In this document: in pieces, positions 53,854-63,201 of the stretch | How positions within the stretch are numbered: the stretch's first letter is position 1 | How the letters are laid out: every line of letters begins with the position of its first letter | Source of the DNA: an uncultured Clostridia bacterium | Lineage (GTDB): Bacteria > Bacillota > Clostridia > Christensenellales > Borkfalkiaceae | NCBI GenBank assembly: GCA_937912025.1 | Contig: CALDOZ010000010.1 | Span: forward strand, 4,710 to 68,709 | Direction of reading: 5' to 3' | Length of the DNA: 64,000 bases | The notes under the pieces: model-generated | What the model saw: the letters and a program-made list of their open reading frames with translations, nothing else | Databases searched by the model: none | Told to the model about the DNA's origin: nothing | Made by a program: the position numbers and the translations under genes

Positions 53854-56021
53854 ATATAACACAGAAAATTTGTCAGGAATTTAATTTAACCGAAGAACAT
53901 ACTAACAACGTTATTTCTTTACTTGACGAGGGTAATACCATTCCGTTTATAGCGCGTTACAGAAAAGAACTTACCGGTCATATTGACGACCAAGTTTTAC
54001 GTTCTTTATCTGAAAGGCTTACTTATTTAAGAAATCTTGATAAACGTAAAGACGACGTTCAAAAAACTATCGCCGAACAAGGTAAACTCAACGACGATAT
54101 TGTACTTGCGTTATCTAAAGCGGAAACTTTAACTGAAGTTGAAGATATTTACCGCCCGTATAAACAAAAGAAAAAAACTCGCGCTACCGTGGCTATTTCA
54201 AAGGGGCTTTCTCCACTTGCCGATATTTTACTTTCTCAAGATAAAAACGGCGAGCCAGCAGAAGTTGTTGCGGAAAAATATATTAACGAAGAACTTGGTG
54301 TAAATTGTGTTAAAGACGCTATTTTAGGCGCTAGCGATATAATCGCCGAAATTGTTAGTGATAACGCCGAACTTAGAAAAAAATTACGTTATTTATTTAT
54401 TAAAGTTGGCGTTTGCTCGTCTACTTTTACAAAAGGTCTTGATGAAAACGACGAAAAAGCAGGCGTATACGCTATGTATAAAGATTTTAGCGAACCTGTT
54501 TCTCAATTAAAATCTCATAGAGTTCTTGCTTTAAATAGAGGCGAAAAAGAAGACGCGTTAAAGGTAAAACTTACTATTGACGATAATTTTGCTTGCTCTA
54601 TTTGTGAAGGTTTCTTCGTTAAAGGCGAAAGTCCTTATAAGCAAATTATAAAAGATGCTTGCGCCGATGCTTATGACCGTTTAATTAAACCGTCAGTTGA
54701 AAGGGAAGTTAGAAATCTCTTAACTGAAAAAGCGCAAGAAAAAGCAATAAAATTATTTGAAGAAAACCTTAAACCGTTACTTATGGCAGCACCGCTTAAA
54801 GGTAAAATCGTTATGGGTTTTGACCCTGGTATTAGAACGGGTTGCAAAATTGCCGTTGTTGACGAAACGGGTAAAGTTTTAGATAAAACGGTAGTTTATG
54901 CAACGAAAGAAAGCGAAAGCGATAAAGAAAAATCAAGAAAAATTCTTAAAGAACTTATAAATAAATATAACGTTGACGTAATTTCTATTGGTAACGGTAC
55001 TGCGTCTAAAATTTCCGAAATTTTTATTGCCGACCTTATTAAAGAATACGCTGGAAAAGTTTCGTATATAGTTGTAAGCGAAGCGGGCGCGTCAGTATAT
55101 TCAGCGTCTGAACTTGGCGCTAAGGAATTCCCTGATTTTGACGTTTCAGAGCGTTCGGCAGTATCAATTGCGCGTCGTTTACAAGATCCGCTTGCCGAAC
55201 TTATTAAAATTGACCCAAAATCAATCGGTGTTGGTCAATATCAACACGATATGCCTGAAGCAAGGCTTGATGAAGTTTTAAGCGGTGTTTTAGAAGACTG
55301 CGTTAATACGGTTGGCGTTGACTTAAATACGGCGAGCGTTCCGCTTTTATCTCACGTTGCAGGGCTTAACAGCGGTATTGCCAAAAATATTGTTGAGTAT
55401 CGCGAAAAGAACGGTAAGTTTACGTCGAGAAAACAACTTTTAAAGGTTGCTAAACTTGGCGAAAAAGCCTATACGCAATGCGCAGGTTTCTTGCGAATTG
55501 TTGGTGGCGAGAATATTCTTGACAACACGGCGGTACATCCAGAATCTTACGAGGGAGCGCAAAAACTTTTAAAATTGTTCGGCTATACCGACGATAACGT
55601 TAAAGCGTTTGAACTTCAAGACCTTAAAGAAAAAATTGCTAAACGCGGTTATAAACTCGTTGCCGAAGAAGTAGGTCTTGGCGAAGAAACGTTAAAAGAC
55701 GTTGCCGACGAACTTGTTAAACCGGGTAGAGACGTAAGAGACACGTTACCAAAACCAATTCTTCGCTCTGATATTTTTGAACTTGAAGACTTAAAAGAAG
55801 GTATGATATTAAACGGCACGGTTAGAAACGTTACGGCGTTTGGCGCGTTCGTTGATATAAGCGTACATCAAGACGGTTTAGTTCATATTTCTGAACTTTC
55901 AGATAAATTCGTTTCAAATCCGTCAGACGTTGTAAAAGTAGGTCAACAAGTAAAAGTTAAAGTTTTAAGCGTAGACATAAAGCGTAAAAGAATTGCGCTT
56001 ACAATGAAAGGTTTATCTTAA
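53850..56021 (+). CDS. tex: Tex-like transcription accessory protein (S1 domain)
   Basis: 723 aa. IPFIARYRKE start region, YqgF-like GxDPGxRTGCK, HhH region, and a C-terminal S1 domain. ATGA overlap with the upstream gene. Confidence 0.92.
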   Translation: MNITQKICQEFNLTEEHTNNVISLLDEGNTIPFIARYRKELTGHIDDQVLRSLSERLTYLRNLDKRKDDVQKTIAEQGKLNDDIVLALSKAETLTEVEDIYRPYKQKKKTRATVAISKGLSPLADILLSQDKNGEPAEVVAEKYINEELGVNCVKDAILGASDIIAEIVSDNAELRKKLRYLFIKVGVCSSTFTKGLDENDEKAGVYAMYKDFSEPVSQLKSHRVLALNRGEKEDALKVKLTIDDNFACSICEGFFVKGESPYKQIIKDACADAYDRLIKPSVEREVRNLLTEKAQEKAIKLFEENLKPLLMAAPLKGKIVMGFDPGIRTGCKIAVVDETGKVLDKTVVYATKESESDKEKSRKILKELINKYNVDVISIGNGTASKISEIFIADLIKEYAGKVSYIVVSEAGASVYSASELGAKEFPDFDVSERSAVSIARRLQDPLAELIKIDPKSIGVGQYQHDMPEARLDEVLSGVLEDCVNTVGVDLNTASVPLLSHVAGLNSGIAKNIVEYREKNGKFTSRKQLLKVAKLGEKAYTQCAGFLRIVGGENILDNTAVHPESYEGAQKLLKLFGYTDDNVKAFELQDLKEKIAKRGYKLVAEEVGLGEETLKDVADELVKPGRDVRDTLPKPILRSDIFELEDLKEGMILNGTVRNVTAFGAFVDISVHQDGLVHISELSDKFVSNPSDVVKVGQQVKVKVLSVDIKRKRIALTMKGLS

Positions 56022-56069
56022 AAAATATTAAGCATATGCATATTTTTAATTTAATATTAATAGTATGTA

Positions 56070-56098
56070 TTGACAATTTTAAATAAATTTGGTATTAT
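56070..56098 (+). promoter_or_regulatory. acpP promoter
   Basis: Consensus TTGACA (56070-56075), 17-nt spacer, extended -10 TGgTATTAT (56090-56098). Confidence 0.65.
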
Positions 56099-56125
56099 TA
56101 ATAAAACCAAGGAGGATTATGTAAA

Positions 56126-56353
56126 ATGAATACTTTTGAAAAAGTAAAAGATATGTTAGTAGAAAAACTTGGCATTGCGCCTGAAAAAATCACTCTTGAA
56201 AGTGAGATCATTAAAGACCTCGGCGCTGACTCGCTTGACCTTGTTGAAATGTTACTTACAATGGAAGAAAATTTCGGCATCACAATTTCTGATGAAGAAA
56301 CTGAAAACATTTCTACCGTTCAAGATATCGTTAATATTATTGATAAAAAGTAA
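56126..56353 (+). CDS. acpP: Acyl carrier protein
   Basis: 75 aa with the DLGADSLDLVE phosphopantetheine-Ser motif. Strong sigma-A promoter and terminator flank it. Confidence 0.9.
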   Translation: MNTFEKVKDMLVEKLGIAPEKITLESEIIKDLGADSLDLVEMLLTMEENFGITISDEETENISTVQDIVNIIDKK

Positions 56354-56355
56354 TT

Positions 56356-56383
56356 AAAAAGCCACGAAATCGTGGCTTTTTTG
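56356..56383 (+). terminator. Rho-independent terminator after acpP
   Basis: Stem AAAAAGCCACG with CGTGGCTTTTT, and a 4-nt loop. Confidence 0.88.
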
Positions 56384-56396
56384 CTTGTGGGTTATT

Positions 56397-58088
56397 ATGA
56401 AAGTTAGTGAAATAAAATATAATCGTTATAACGTTGAAAATTTAATAAAAGAATATAATAACGCAACTTTAAAGATAAATAGCGCAAGTAACGTTAATGA
56501 AGTTTTAGATATAAGAAACGAGTTAATTAACCACGTTGTTGAACTTGATACTGCTTATAACTTAGCGTATATTCGTTGGTCGCTTAACACAAGCGATAGT
56601 TTTTACGCAAATGAAAAAAGATATTATGAAGAAAATATTCCTTTAATTTCACAAAGCAAAAGCGAGTATATTAAAAGTTTAATAAGTAGCAAATATATTA
56701 ACGAGTTAAAGTCGGTTTTACCTAAAACGCTTTTTGACGTTTACGAGTGTTTACTTAAAAGTGAAGATCCTAAAATTGCAAATTACGTTATTGAAGAGAA
56801 CTTAGAAATTTCTAAATATTCCGATTTTATGAGTGCGCTTACCGTTGAGTTTGACGGGCATGTTATACCTTTTACCATCTTAAAAAAATATATGGTAGAT
56901 AGCGATAGAAACGTTAGAAAACGCGCTTATAATTCGCTTGGTACCGCCCTTAATAAAAACGCTACTTTTTTAGATGAAAACTTTAAAAATTTAGTGGAAA
57001 TCCGCACTAAAATGGCTAAAAAATTAGGTTATGATAATTTTGTAAAACTAGGCTACTTTAGAATGAATAGAATTTGTTATGGAAGTAGTGAAATTGAAAA
57101 GTTTAGAAATAACGTTATAAAATATATCGTGCCTAGCGTTTGTAGTATTAAAAACACAATTGCAAAAAACCTTAACGTTGATAAATTAAAACTCTACGAT
57201 AACGATACCGTTTTAAGTAACGATAGCGTAAAAACTAAAAAACAAGGCGTTGAACTTTTTAAACTTGGTAGTGAAATTTATTCGCTTATGAGTAAAGAAA
57301 CGGGCGAATTTTTCGCTATGATGATTGAAAACGAAGCCTTTGATTGCTTATCAAGAAAAAACAAGTGGGGCGGAGGTTATGAAACTGAGTTAAAAAAATA
57401 CGGCCAGCCGTTTATTTTAGCAAACTTTAATAATTCTTCTCAAGACGTTGACGTATTAACTCACGAAGCAGGTCACGCTTATGCAAGTTACGTTATGAAT
57501 AAAAACGGCGCTGATCTTGAAATTGGTCTTCCTTGTATGGACGTTGCCGAAACTCATTCAATGAGTATGGAATTCTTTTGCTATAAATATTTAGACAAAA
57601 TTTTTGGCTATGATACAAACAAATATAAACTTAAACATTTTACGGACAGTTTTTGTTTTATTCCTTACGGTGTGATGGTTGACGCTTTTCAAGAAGAAGT
57701 ATATAAAAATTTTTTTGAAAGTCCGTCTTGGCGTAAGAACAAATGGAAAGAACTTGAAAAAGTATTCCGTCCGTATATGGATAGCGACGGTATACCTTAC
57801 CTTGAACAAGGCGGGAGATGGCAATACCAAATGCATATTTACGAAAGTCCTTTTTACTATATCGATTACGCTATTGCGCAAATTACAGCGTTGCAGTTTT
57901 TGTTTTTATCGCTTGAAGATTACGATTTGGCGTTTAAAAAATATAACGAGTTTATTTCGTACGGTTGTGATTTTAACTATATCGAAATTTTACAAAAAAT
58001 AGGCTTAAAATCTCCGTTTGACGAAGACTTAATTAAAGATATTGCTCAAAAATCGTTGCAGTTATTCGACAAATTGTTTTTAATTTAG
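56397..58088 (+). CDS. M3 family oligoendopeptidase (PepF-like)
   Basis: I prefer the ATG at 56397 over the TTG at 56385, which abuts the acpP terminator T-run. Zinc motif THEAGHAY. 563 aa. Confidence 0.85.
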   Translation: MKVSEIKYNRYNVENLIKEYNNATLKINSASNVNEVLDIRNELINHVVELDTAYNLAYIRWSLNTSDSFYANEKRYYEENIPLISQSKSEYIKSLISSKYINELKSVLPKTLFDVYECLLKSEDPKIANYVIEENLEISKYSDFMSALTVEFDGHVIPFTILKKYMVDSDRNVRKRAYNSLGTALNKNATFLDENFKNLVEIRTKMAKKLGYDNFVKLGYFRMNRICYGSSEIEKFRNNVIKYIVPSVCSIKNTIAKNLNVDKLKLYDNDTVLSNDSVKTKKQGVELFKLGSEIYSLMSKETGEFFAMMIENEAFDCLSRKNKWGGGYETELKKYGQPFILANFNNSSQDVDVLTHEAGHAYASYVMNKNGADLEIGLPCMDVAETHSMSMEFFCYKYLDKIFGYDTNKYKLKHFTDSFCFIPYGVMVDAFQEEVYKNFFESPSWRKNKWKELEKVFRPYMDSDGIPYLEQGGRWQYQMHIYESPFYYIDYAIAQITALQFLFLSLEDYDLAFKKYNEFISYGCDFNYIEILQKIGLKSPFDEDLIKDIAQKSLQLFDKLFLI

Positions 58089-58180
58089 CAAAAACAGTTT
58101 TAAAAATTAAATATTAGTTAATAATTAGGTGGCAGAGTTTATTAAAAATATTGCATATTTTAATAAACTGTGTTAAAATA

Positions 58181-58226
58181 GAACGTGTATTAAGTTAATT
58201 AGTTAAAACACGTTCTTTATTTTTTA
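58181..58226 (+). terminator. Terminator-like hairpin between the M3 peptidase gene and ftsK
   Basis: Stem GAACGTGT (58181-58188) with ACACGTTC (58208-58215), a long 19-nt loop, then a TTTATTTTTT run. Confidence 0.55.
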
Positions 58227-58250
58227 ATTAGTTCACTAAAGGAGTTTATT

Positions 58251-61250
58251 TTGAGTAACGGCGTTAAACCTAAAAATAGCGACACAAAGTTTTTTACAAT
58301 AGAATTTTTTGGCGTTACGCTCATAATTACCTCGGTATTGCTTTTAGTATGTCTACTATTTGGTAAAGACGTACTTTTCGTTATCGGCGAAGAAGTTCAG
58401 TATTTCTTGCTTGGGGTTTTTGGATACTTTTCGTATCCGCTTTTAACGTGCTTAATTTACGTTGGGTTTATGCTTTTATTTGGTAAAAAGATTATAAAAT
58501 CTAACTTAAAGGGTAAAGTTATCGTTGCGATTGCTTTCGTAACGTTGCTACTTTGCTTGCTTACCGCCATTACTTCGTTAAAAGAAAGCGGTACGTTTGC
58601 TAATTACGTTGGTTATGGTTATAAATCAGGTCGCAACGGTTTAGCAGGCGTTGTAGCAGGTGGCGCTCTTTTTTCTATAATTACCTATCCTTTCGTAGCG
58701 TATTTATCGTACGTTGGCGCTATTATAGCCTTTTCGTTATGCATAGTTTTGCTTTTATACGTCGTTGTTAAGCGCGGTAAAAAACAAAAAGCAACTACGG
58801 TTGAAAGGGAATATCCAGGCACTATAACAACGAATGCAACTACTAACGGCGTAAATTCAACAACTAACGGCGTTAACGTAAACGGTACGACGGTAAACGC
58901 TAACCAAGGCGGATACGTTAACACCAATCAAACGTTAAACGGTAACGTGGTAGGTCAAACGGGTGTAAACGGCGGTTATAATCAAACGGGAGTTAATAAC
59001 GGGTACAACCAAAATACAAACGGTTATAATCAAGGTGGAAACGTTAATTATAATGGTTACTTAAATAACGGTTACGTTAATCCATACGACGGTAATAGGT
59101 ATGATTCAAACAACTATAAGCCAACGCCTGAAGAAGAAGCAAAACGCCGTGAAGGTATGCGAATTTTATACGGTCAACAACCGTTTACTTATTCAACGGC
59201 ATACGGTAACACTGTAAATGGTGATAGAGTTAGAGTTGATAACGTTAACGTAAACGGAACTGTTGACGGAACTACTGGCGTAAACGGCGTTTCTAAACCT
59301 ATTTTGAAAAATGACGTTAAGCCAACTTTTGATTATCGTGACACTACCACTGAAGGCGAAGTAACAACGGTTAATCTATACGGCGACGATGACGACGATA
59401 CTACCGTTATAGGTTCTGGCGATACTACTACCGACGAGTTTGACGACGATACGACTACTATTGACGATACTACAACTGACGACGATACTACTATCGATAC
59501 CGAAACTTCAACAACGACGTCGTTCTTTAATAATTTACGCAAAAAGCAAGATAAACCTATCGTTGACGTAAAACCTAACGATAAACCTATCAATAAGCCG
59601 ATTATTAGTGGCGATACTACCACGGGTGATAGTACGGTAGACGATACTCAAACTACGAAAGTAGAGCCAAAACTTTTAGGCAATATTATTGAAAATATGC
59701 CTATAAATTATAAATATAATCCACCGCCAATATCGTTATTTAAGACTATCGATAATTCACAAAACAATTTTGAAAACGAAATATTTAAAAACGACATTAA
59801 AGGCAAAATTTTAACAACCTTAAAAACGTTTGGTGTTGATACAACTATTGCAAACGTATTCCGTGGACCTGCGGTAACTCGTTTTGATATAGTCGTTCCG
59901 CCGGCAATGTCAATGTCACGCATTGTTAAATTAGCGGACGATTTAAATTTAAGAATTGCCGCTAAAAGCGCAATAAGAATGGTTGCTCCCGTTCCAAACA
60001 CTTCGTATATCGGTATTGAAGTTCCAAACCAAAAAGCAGATAGCGTAAGTTTAAAAGATATTATTTCTTCGGACGGGTTTATCGATACTCCACCATTTTC
60101 GCTTTTCTTTGCGTTTGGTAAAGATATTATTGGTAATCCCGTATCTCTCAATCTTGCTGATATGCCTCACGTTCTTATTTCAGGTACAACGGGTTCTGGT
60201 AAGAGTGTATGTCTTAACTCAATGATTTTGAGTATGGTTAGTAAGTACGGACCTGACCAATTAAGATTTGTAATAGTTGACCCTAAGCAAGTTGATTTTG
60301 AGCCGTTTAGAGATTTACCGCATATGATGTTTAACACCATTATTGATAACAATCTCGCGCTTTGTAACTCAATGCTTACTTGGGCGGTTGACGAAATGGA
60401 AAAACGATACGCCATTTTAAAAGCAAGTAAAAGTAAAAACATTGGCGACTATAACCGCCGAGCAGTTCAAAATAAAGAACGCATTATGCCAAGAATTGTT
60501 ATTATTATCGACGAGTTTGCCGATTTAATGATGAGAGATAAAAAGGGTATAGGCGAAAAGATTTGTTTACTTGCGCAAAAATCACGCGCTGCCGGTATTC
60601 ACCTTGTTCTTGCCGCTCAAAGACCGTCTGCGGACGTTGTTAACGGTCCTATTAAAGCCAATCTTCCAGCAAGACTTGTATTTAGAGCAAGTTCGCATAT
60701 TGATTCTTCAGTTAGCCTTGGTGAAACGGGTGCTGAAAAACTTCTCGGCAAAGGCGACTGTTTATACAAAACGGGCGGTATGCTCAATACAGAACGCGCT
60801 ATGGGCGCATTTGTGTCTGACGACGAACTTTACGATATTGTTGAATACGTTTCTAAAAATAACGTTGCATATTACGACCATAACGCTTGGGCTAAAATTA
60901 AATCACGCGTTGAGGCGGACTCTGTTGACAGTTCAACTACAACTCCGTCAACTTCGGGCGGTGGCTCGCCGGTAACGGTAAGAGAAGGCGTTATGATAAA
61001 CGGTGTTCCCGAAGTTTACGTTAAAGCAATGAAAGTTGGTTTTGATTACGGCGGAATTTCAACGTCGTCGTTGCAACGTAGATTAGGACTTGGTTATCCT
61101 AAAGCGGCAAAAGTTGTCGATTGGCTTGTGGATAACGGATATTTATCGGTTGATTCTACTCACGGTAAAAAACAATTATTAATTACAAAAGAAGAATTTG
61201 ACGAAAAATTTTCTCAAATTGATGATGAGGACAACGTTGACGAAGGTTAA
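58251..61250 (+). CDS. ftsK: DNA translocase FtsK/SpoIIIE with long low-complexity linker
   Basis: TTG start with an AAGGAG SD and 6-nt spacer. N-terminal TM domain. Motor domain with Walker A GTTGSGKSV and IIIDEFADL. C-terminal gamma winged helix (SSLQRRLGLGYPKAAKVVDWL). Confidence 0.93.
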   Translation: MSNGVKPKNSDTKFFTIEFFGVTLIITSVLLLVCLLFGKDVLFVIGEEVQYFLLGVFGYFSYPLLTCLIYVGFMLLFGKKIIKSNLKGKVIVAIAFVTLLLCLLTAITSLKESGTFANYVGYGYKSGRNGLAGVVAGGALFSIITYPFVAYLSYVGAIIAFSLCIVLLLYVVVKRGKKQKATTVEREYPGTITTNATTNGVNSTTNGVNVNGTTVNANQGGYVNTNQTLNGNVVGQTGVNGGYNQTGVNNGYNQNTNGYNQGGNVNYNGYLNNGYVNPYDGNRYDSNNYKPTPEEEAKRREGMRILYGQQPFTYSTAYGNTVNGDRVRVDNVNVNGTVDGTTGVNGVSKPILKNDVKPTFDYRDTTTEGEVTTVNLYGDDDDDTTVIGSGDTTTDEFDDDTTTIDDTTTDDDTTIDTETSTTTSFFNNLRKKQDKPIVDVKPNDKPINKPIISGDTTTGDSTVDDTQTTKVEPKLLGNIIENMPINYKYNPPPISLFKTIDNSQNNFENEIFKNDIKGKILTTLKTFGVDTTIANVFRGPAVTRFDIVVPPAMSMSRIVKLADDLNLRIAAKSAIRMVAPVPNTSYIGIEVPNQKADSVSLKDIISSDGFIDTPPFSLFFAFGKDIIGNPVSLNLADMPHVLISGTTGSGKSVCLNSMILSMVSKYGPDQLRFVIVDPKQVDFEPFRDLPHMMFNTIIDNNLALCNSMLTWAVDEMEKRYAILKASKSKNIGDYNRRAVQNKERIMPRIVIIIDEFADLMMRDKKGIGEKICLLAQKSRAAGIHLVLAAQRPSADVVNGPIKANLPARLVFRASSHIDSSVSLGETGAEKLLGKGDCLYKTGGMLNTERAMGAFVSDDELYDIVEYVSKNNVAYYDHNAWAKIKSRVEADSVDSSTTTPSTSGGGSPVTVREGVMINGVPEVYVKAMKVGFDYGGISTSSLQRRLGLGYPKAAKVVDWLVDNGYLSVDSTHGKKQLLITKEEFDEKFSQIDDEDNVDEG

Positions 61251-61265
61251 CGGCAATTTTACACA

Positions 61266-62615
61266 ATGGATAAATACGCTATTTCTAAAACTAAAAAAAT
61301 TGGCTTAATTTCACTCGGTTGTGATAAAAACCGTGTTGATAGTGAAAAAGCGCTTGCTATTGTCAATGAAAATGCTGTAATAACTAATGATATTTCTAAC
61401 GCCGAAGTTATTATTATCAATTCTTGCGCATTTTTAGAAAGCGCGCGCCGTGAAGCGATAAATACAGTTATTGAATGTAACGAGTATAGAAAGACGGGTA
61501 AACTTGAAAAAATTGTTTTAACAGGTTGCTTGCCCGAAAAGTTTATTGACGAACTTTTTGAAGAATTTACGGAAGTAGACGTTTTTTTAGGATATAAAGA
61601 TTACGATTTGCTTTTTGAAGCGCTTGAATTATCTTACGTTAGCGGTCAAAGGGTAAATTTTGTAAAAAAACTTCAAAATTTTACAAAAAATAAAAGAATA
61701 CTGACAACACCTTGTCACTATTATTATCTTAAAATAGCAGACGGGTGCAACAATAAGTGTACTTACTGTTTAATTCCTAAAATTCGTGGAAAGTATTTTT
61801 CAACGCCGATTGAAGAACTTGTTAAAGAAGTTGAAAATTTAGGCTACGTTAAAGAACTTATATTGGTTGCTCAAGACGTAACTCGTTACGGCATTGATTT
61901 ATACGGTAAGCCAATGCTCGTTGAACTTATAAAACAATTATCTTCGCTTGACTACGTTGAAAGCATTAGATTGCTTTATTGTTATCCTGATATGATAACT
62001 GATGACCTTATTGAAGAAATTAGCGCTAACGATAAAGTTATTAAATATCTTGATATTCCACTTCAACACTCAGCGTCTAACGTGTTAAAACGCATGAATA
62101 GAAAGGGTAATAGTCAAACTTACTTGGCGCTTATTAATAAACTTAGAGATAAAATACCTAACGTTTCGTTAAGGTCAACGTTTATTGCTGGTTTTCCTGG
62201 TGAAACTGAAGAAGATTTTAACGAACTTGTAAACTTTATAAAACTTGCAAAATTTACAAATTGCGGATTTTTTGCTTATTCGCGTGAAGAGGGAACGCCT
62301 GCGTATAAATTACCAAACCAAATAGACGAAGACGTTAAGCAAAAAAGAGTAAAAAAATTATATTCTGTTCAACGTAATATTTGTAAAAAAACACAAAAAA
62401 ACTACGTTGGAAAAACTATTACCGTTTTATGCGACGGTGTTGATTATGAAAAACAGTCCTTTTACGGTCGCGCCTATTTTAGCGCGCCTGATATTGACGG
62501 TAAAGTATATTTTAGTAGTGACGACGTAATAAACCAAGGCGAATATTACGACGTTTATATTGAAAATTTTGACGAATACGACTTGTATGGGAGGGTTACT
62601 AATGAACTTACCTAA
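61266..62615 (+). CDS. rimO: Ribosomal protein S12 methylthiotransferase RimO
   Basis: MTTase N-domain (ISLGCDKN), radical SAM DGCNNKCTYCLIP, and a C-terminal TRAM domain. ftsK-rimO-pgsA-cinA synteny. Confidence 0.88.
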   Translation: MDKYAISKTKKIGLISLGCDKNRVDSEKALAIVNENAVITNDISNAEVIIINSCAFLESARREAINTVIECNEYRKTGKLEKIVLTGCLPEKFIDELFEEFTEVDVFLGYKDYDLLFEALELSYVSGQRVNFVKKLQNFTKNKRILTTPCHYYYLKIADGCNNKCTYCLIPKIRGKYFSTPIEELVKEVENLGYVKELILVAQDVTRYGIDLYGKPMLVELIKQLSSLDYVESIRLLYCYPDMITDDLIEEISANDKVIKYLDIPLQHSASNVLKRMNRKGNSQTYLALINKLRDKIPNVSLRSTFIAGFPGETEEDFNELVNFIKLAKFTNCGFFAYSREEGTPAYKLPNQIDEDVKQKRVKKLYSVQRNICKKTQKNYVGKTITVLCDGVDYEKQSFYGRAYFSAPDIDGKVYFSSDDVINQGEYYDVYIENFDEYDLYGRVTNELT

Positions 62616-63201
62616 TAAACTTTCACTTTTAAGAATATGTTTAATTCCGTTAATGCTTATAACTTTTTACGTTGAAGCGTTACCGATTAGATTTATAATA
62701 ACGGCAGTAGTTTTTGCTTTGGCGGCGTTTACCGATTTTTTAGACGGCTATATTGCTCGTAAATACAATATGGTTACTGATTTTGGTAAATTTATAGACC
62801 CAATTGCTGATAAAATACTCGTTTTAAGCGCGTTTGTAATTATGCTTACAAATCCAATTATTTTATCAGGACCTTTAGGTTGTACCTTTGGCGCGGTTAT
62901 TGGTGGCGTTGGCGTTACTATTATAGTTGCGCGTGAAATGACGGTATCAGTTCTTAGAATGATTGCCGCTGAAAAAGGAATTGTTTTGGCTGCTGAAAAA
63001 ATTGGAAAACTAAAAACCTTGGTTACCGATTTTGCAATAATTTTACTTTTCATTACCGCTGAATTAATTTGTTTAGGAACAGTTTACCTTGTATTTTATT
63101 ATATTTCTCTTGCTCTTTACATAATTTCGGTAATTTTAACTATTTATTCGGGTATTTTCTACCTTGTTAAGAATAAGGAATTATTTAAACAATGCAAGTA
63201 A
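62602..63201 (+). CDS. pgsA: CDP-diacylglycerol--glycerol-3-phosphate 3-phosphatidyltransferase
   Basis: I prefer the ATG at 62602 (GGGAGGG SD) over the ATG at 62560 inside rimO. NKLSLLRI start and DFLDGYIARK...GKFIDPIADK CDP-alcohol transferase motif. Confidence 0.9.
   Translation: MNLPNKLSLLRICLIPLMLITFYVEALPIRFIITAVVFALAAFTDFLDGYIARKYNMVTDFGKFIDPIADKILVLSAFVIMLTNPIILSGPLGCTFGAVIGGVGVTIIVAREMTVSVLRMIAAEKGIVLAAEKIGKLKTLVTDFAIILLFITAELICLGTVYLVFYYISLALYIISVILTIYSGIFYLVKNKELFKQCK

Noticed and set aside
59708-60151. 147-aa minus-strand ORF, plus further antisense ORFs at 58685-58927, 59333-59623 and 60167-60442, all inside ftsK.
   Set aside because: All are antisense to the conserved FtsK motor or to its low-complexity linker. 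The amino-acid composition simply mirrors the sense strand (for example V/S-rich opposite the D/T-rich tract). None has translation signals.
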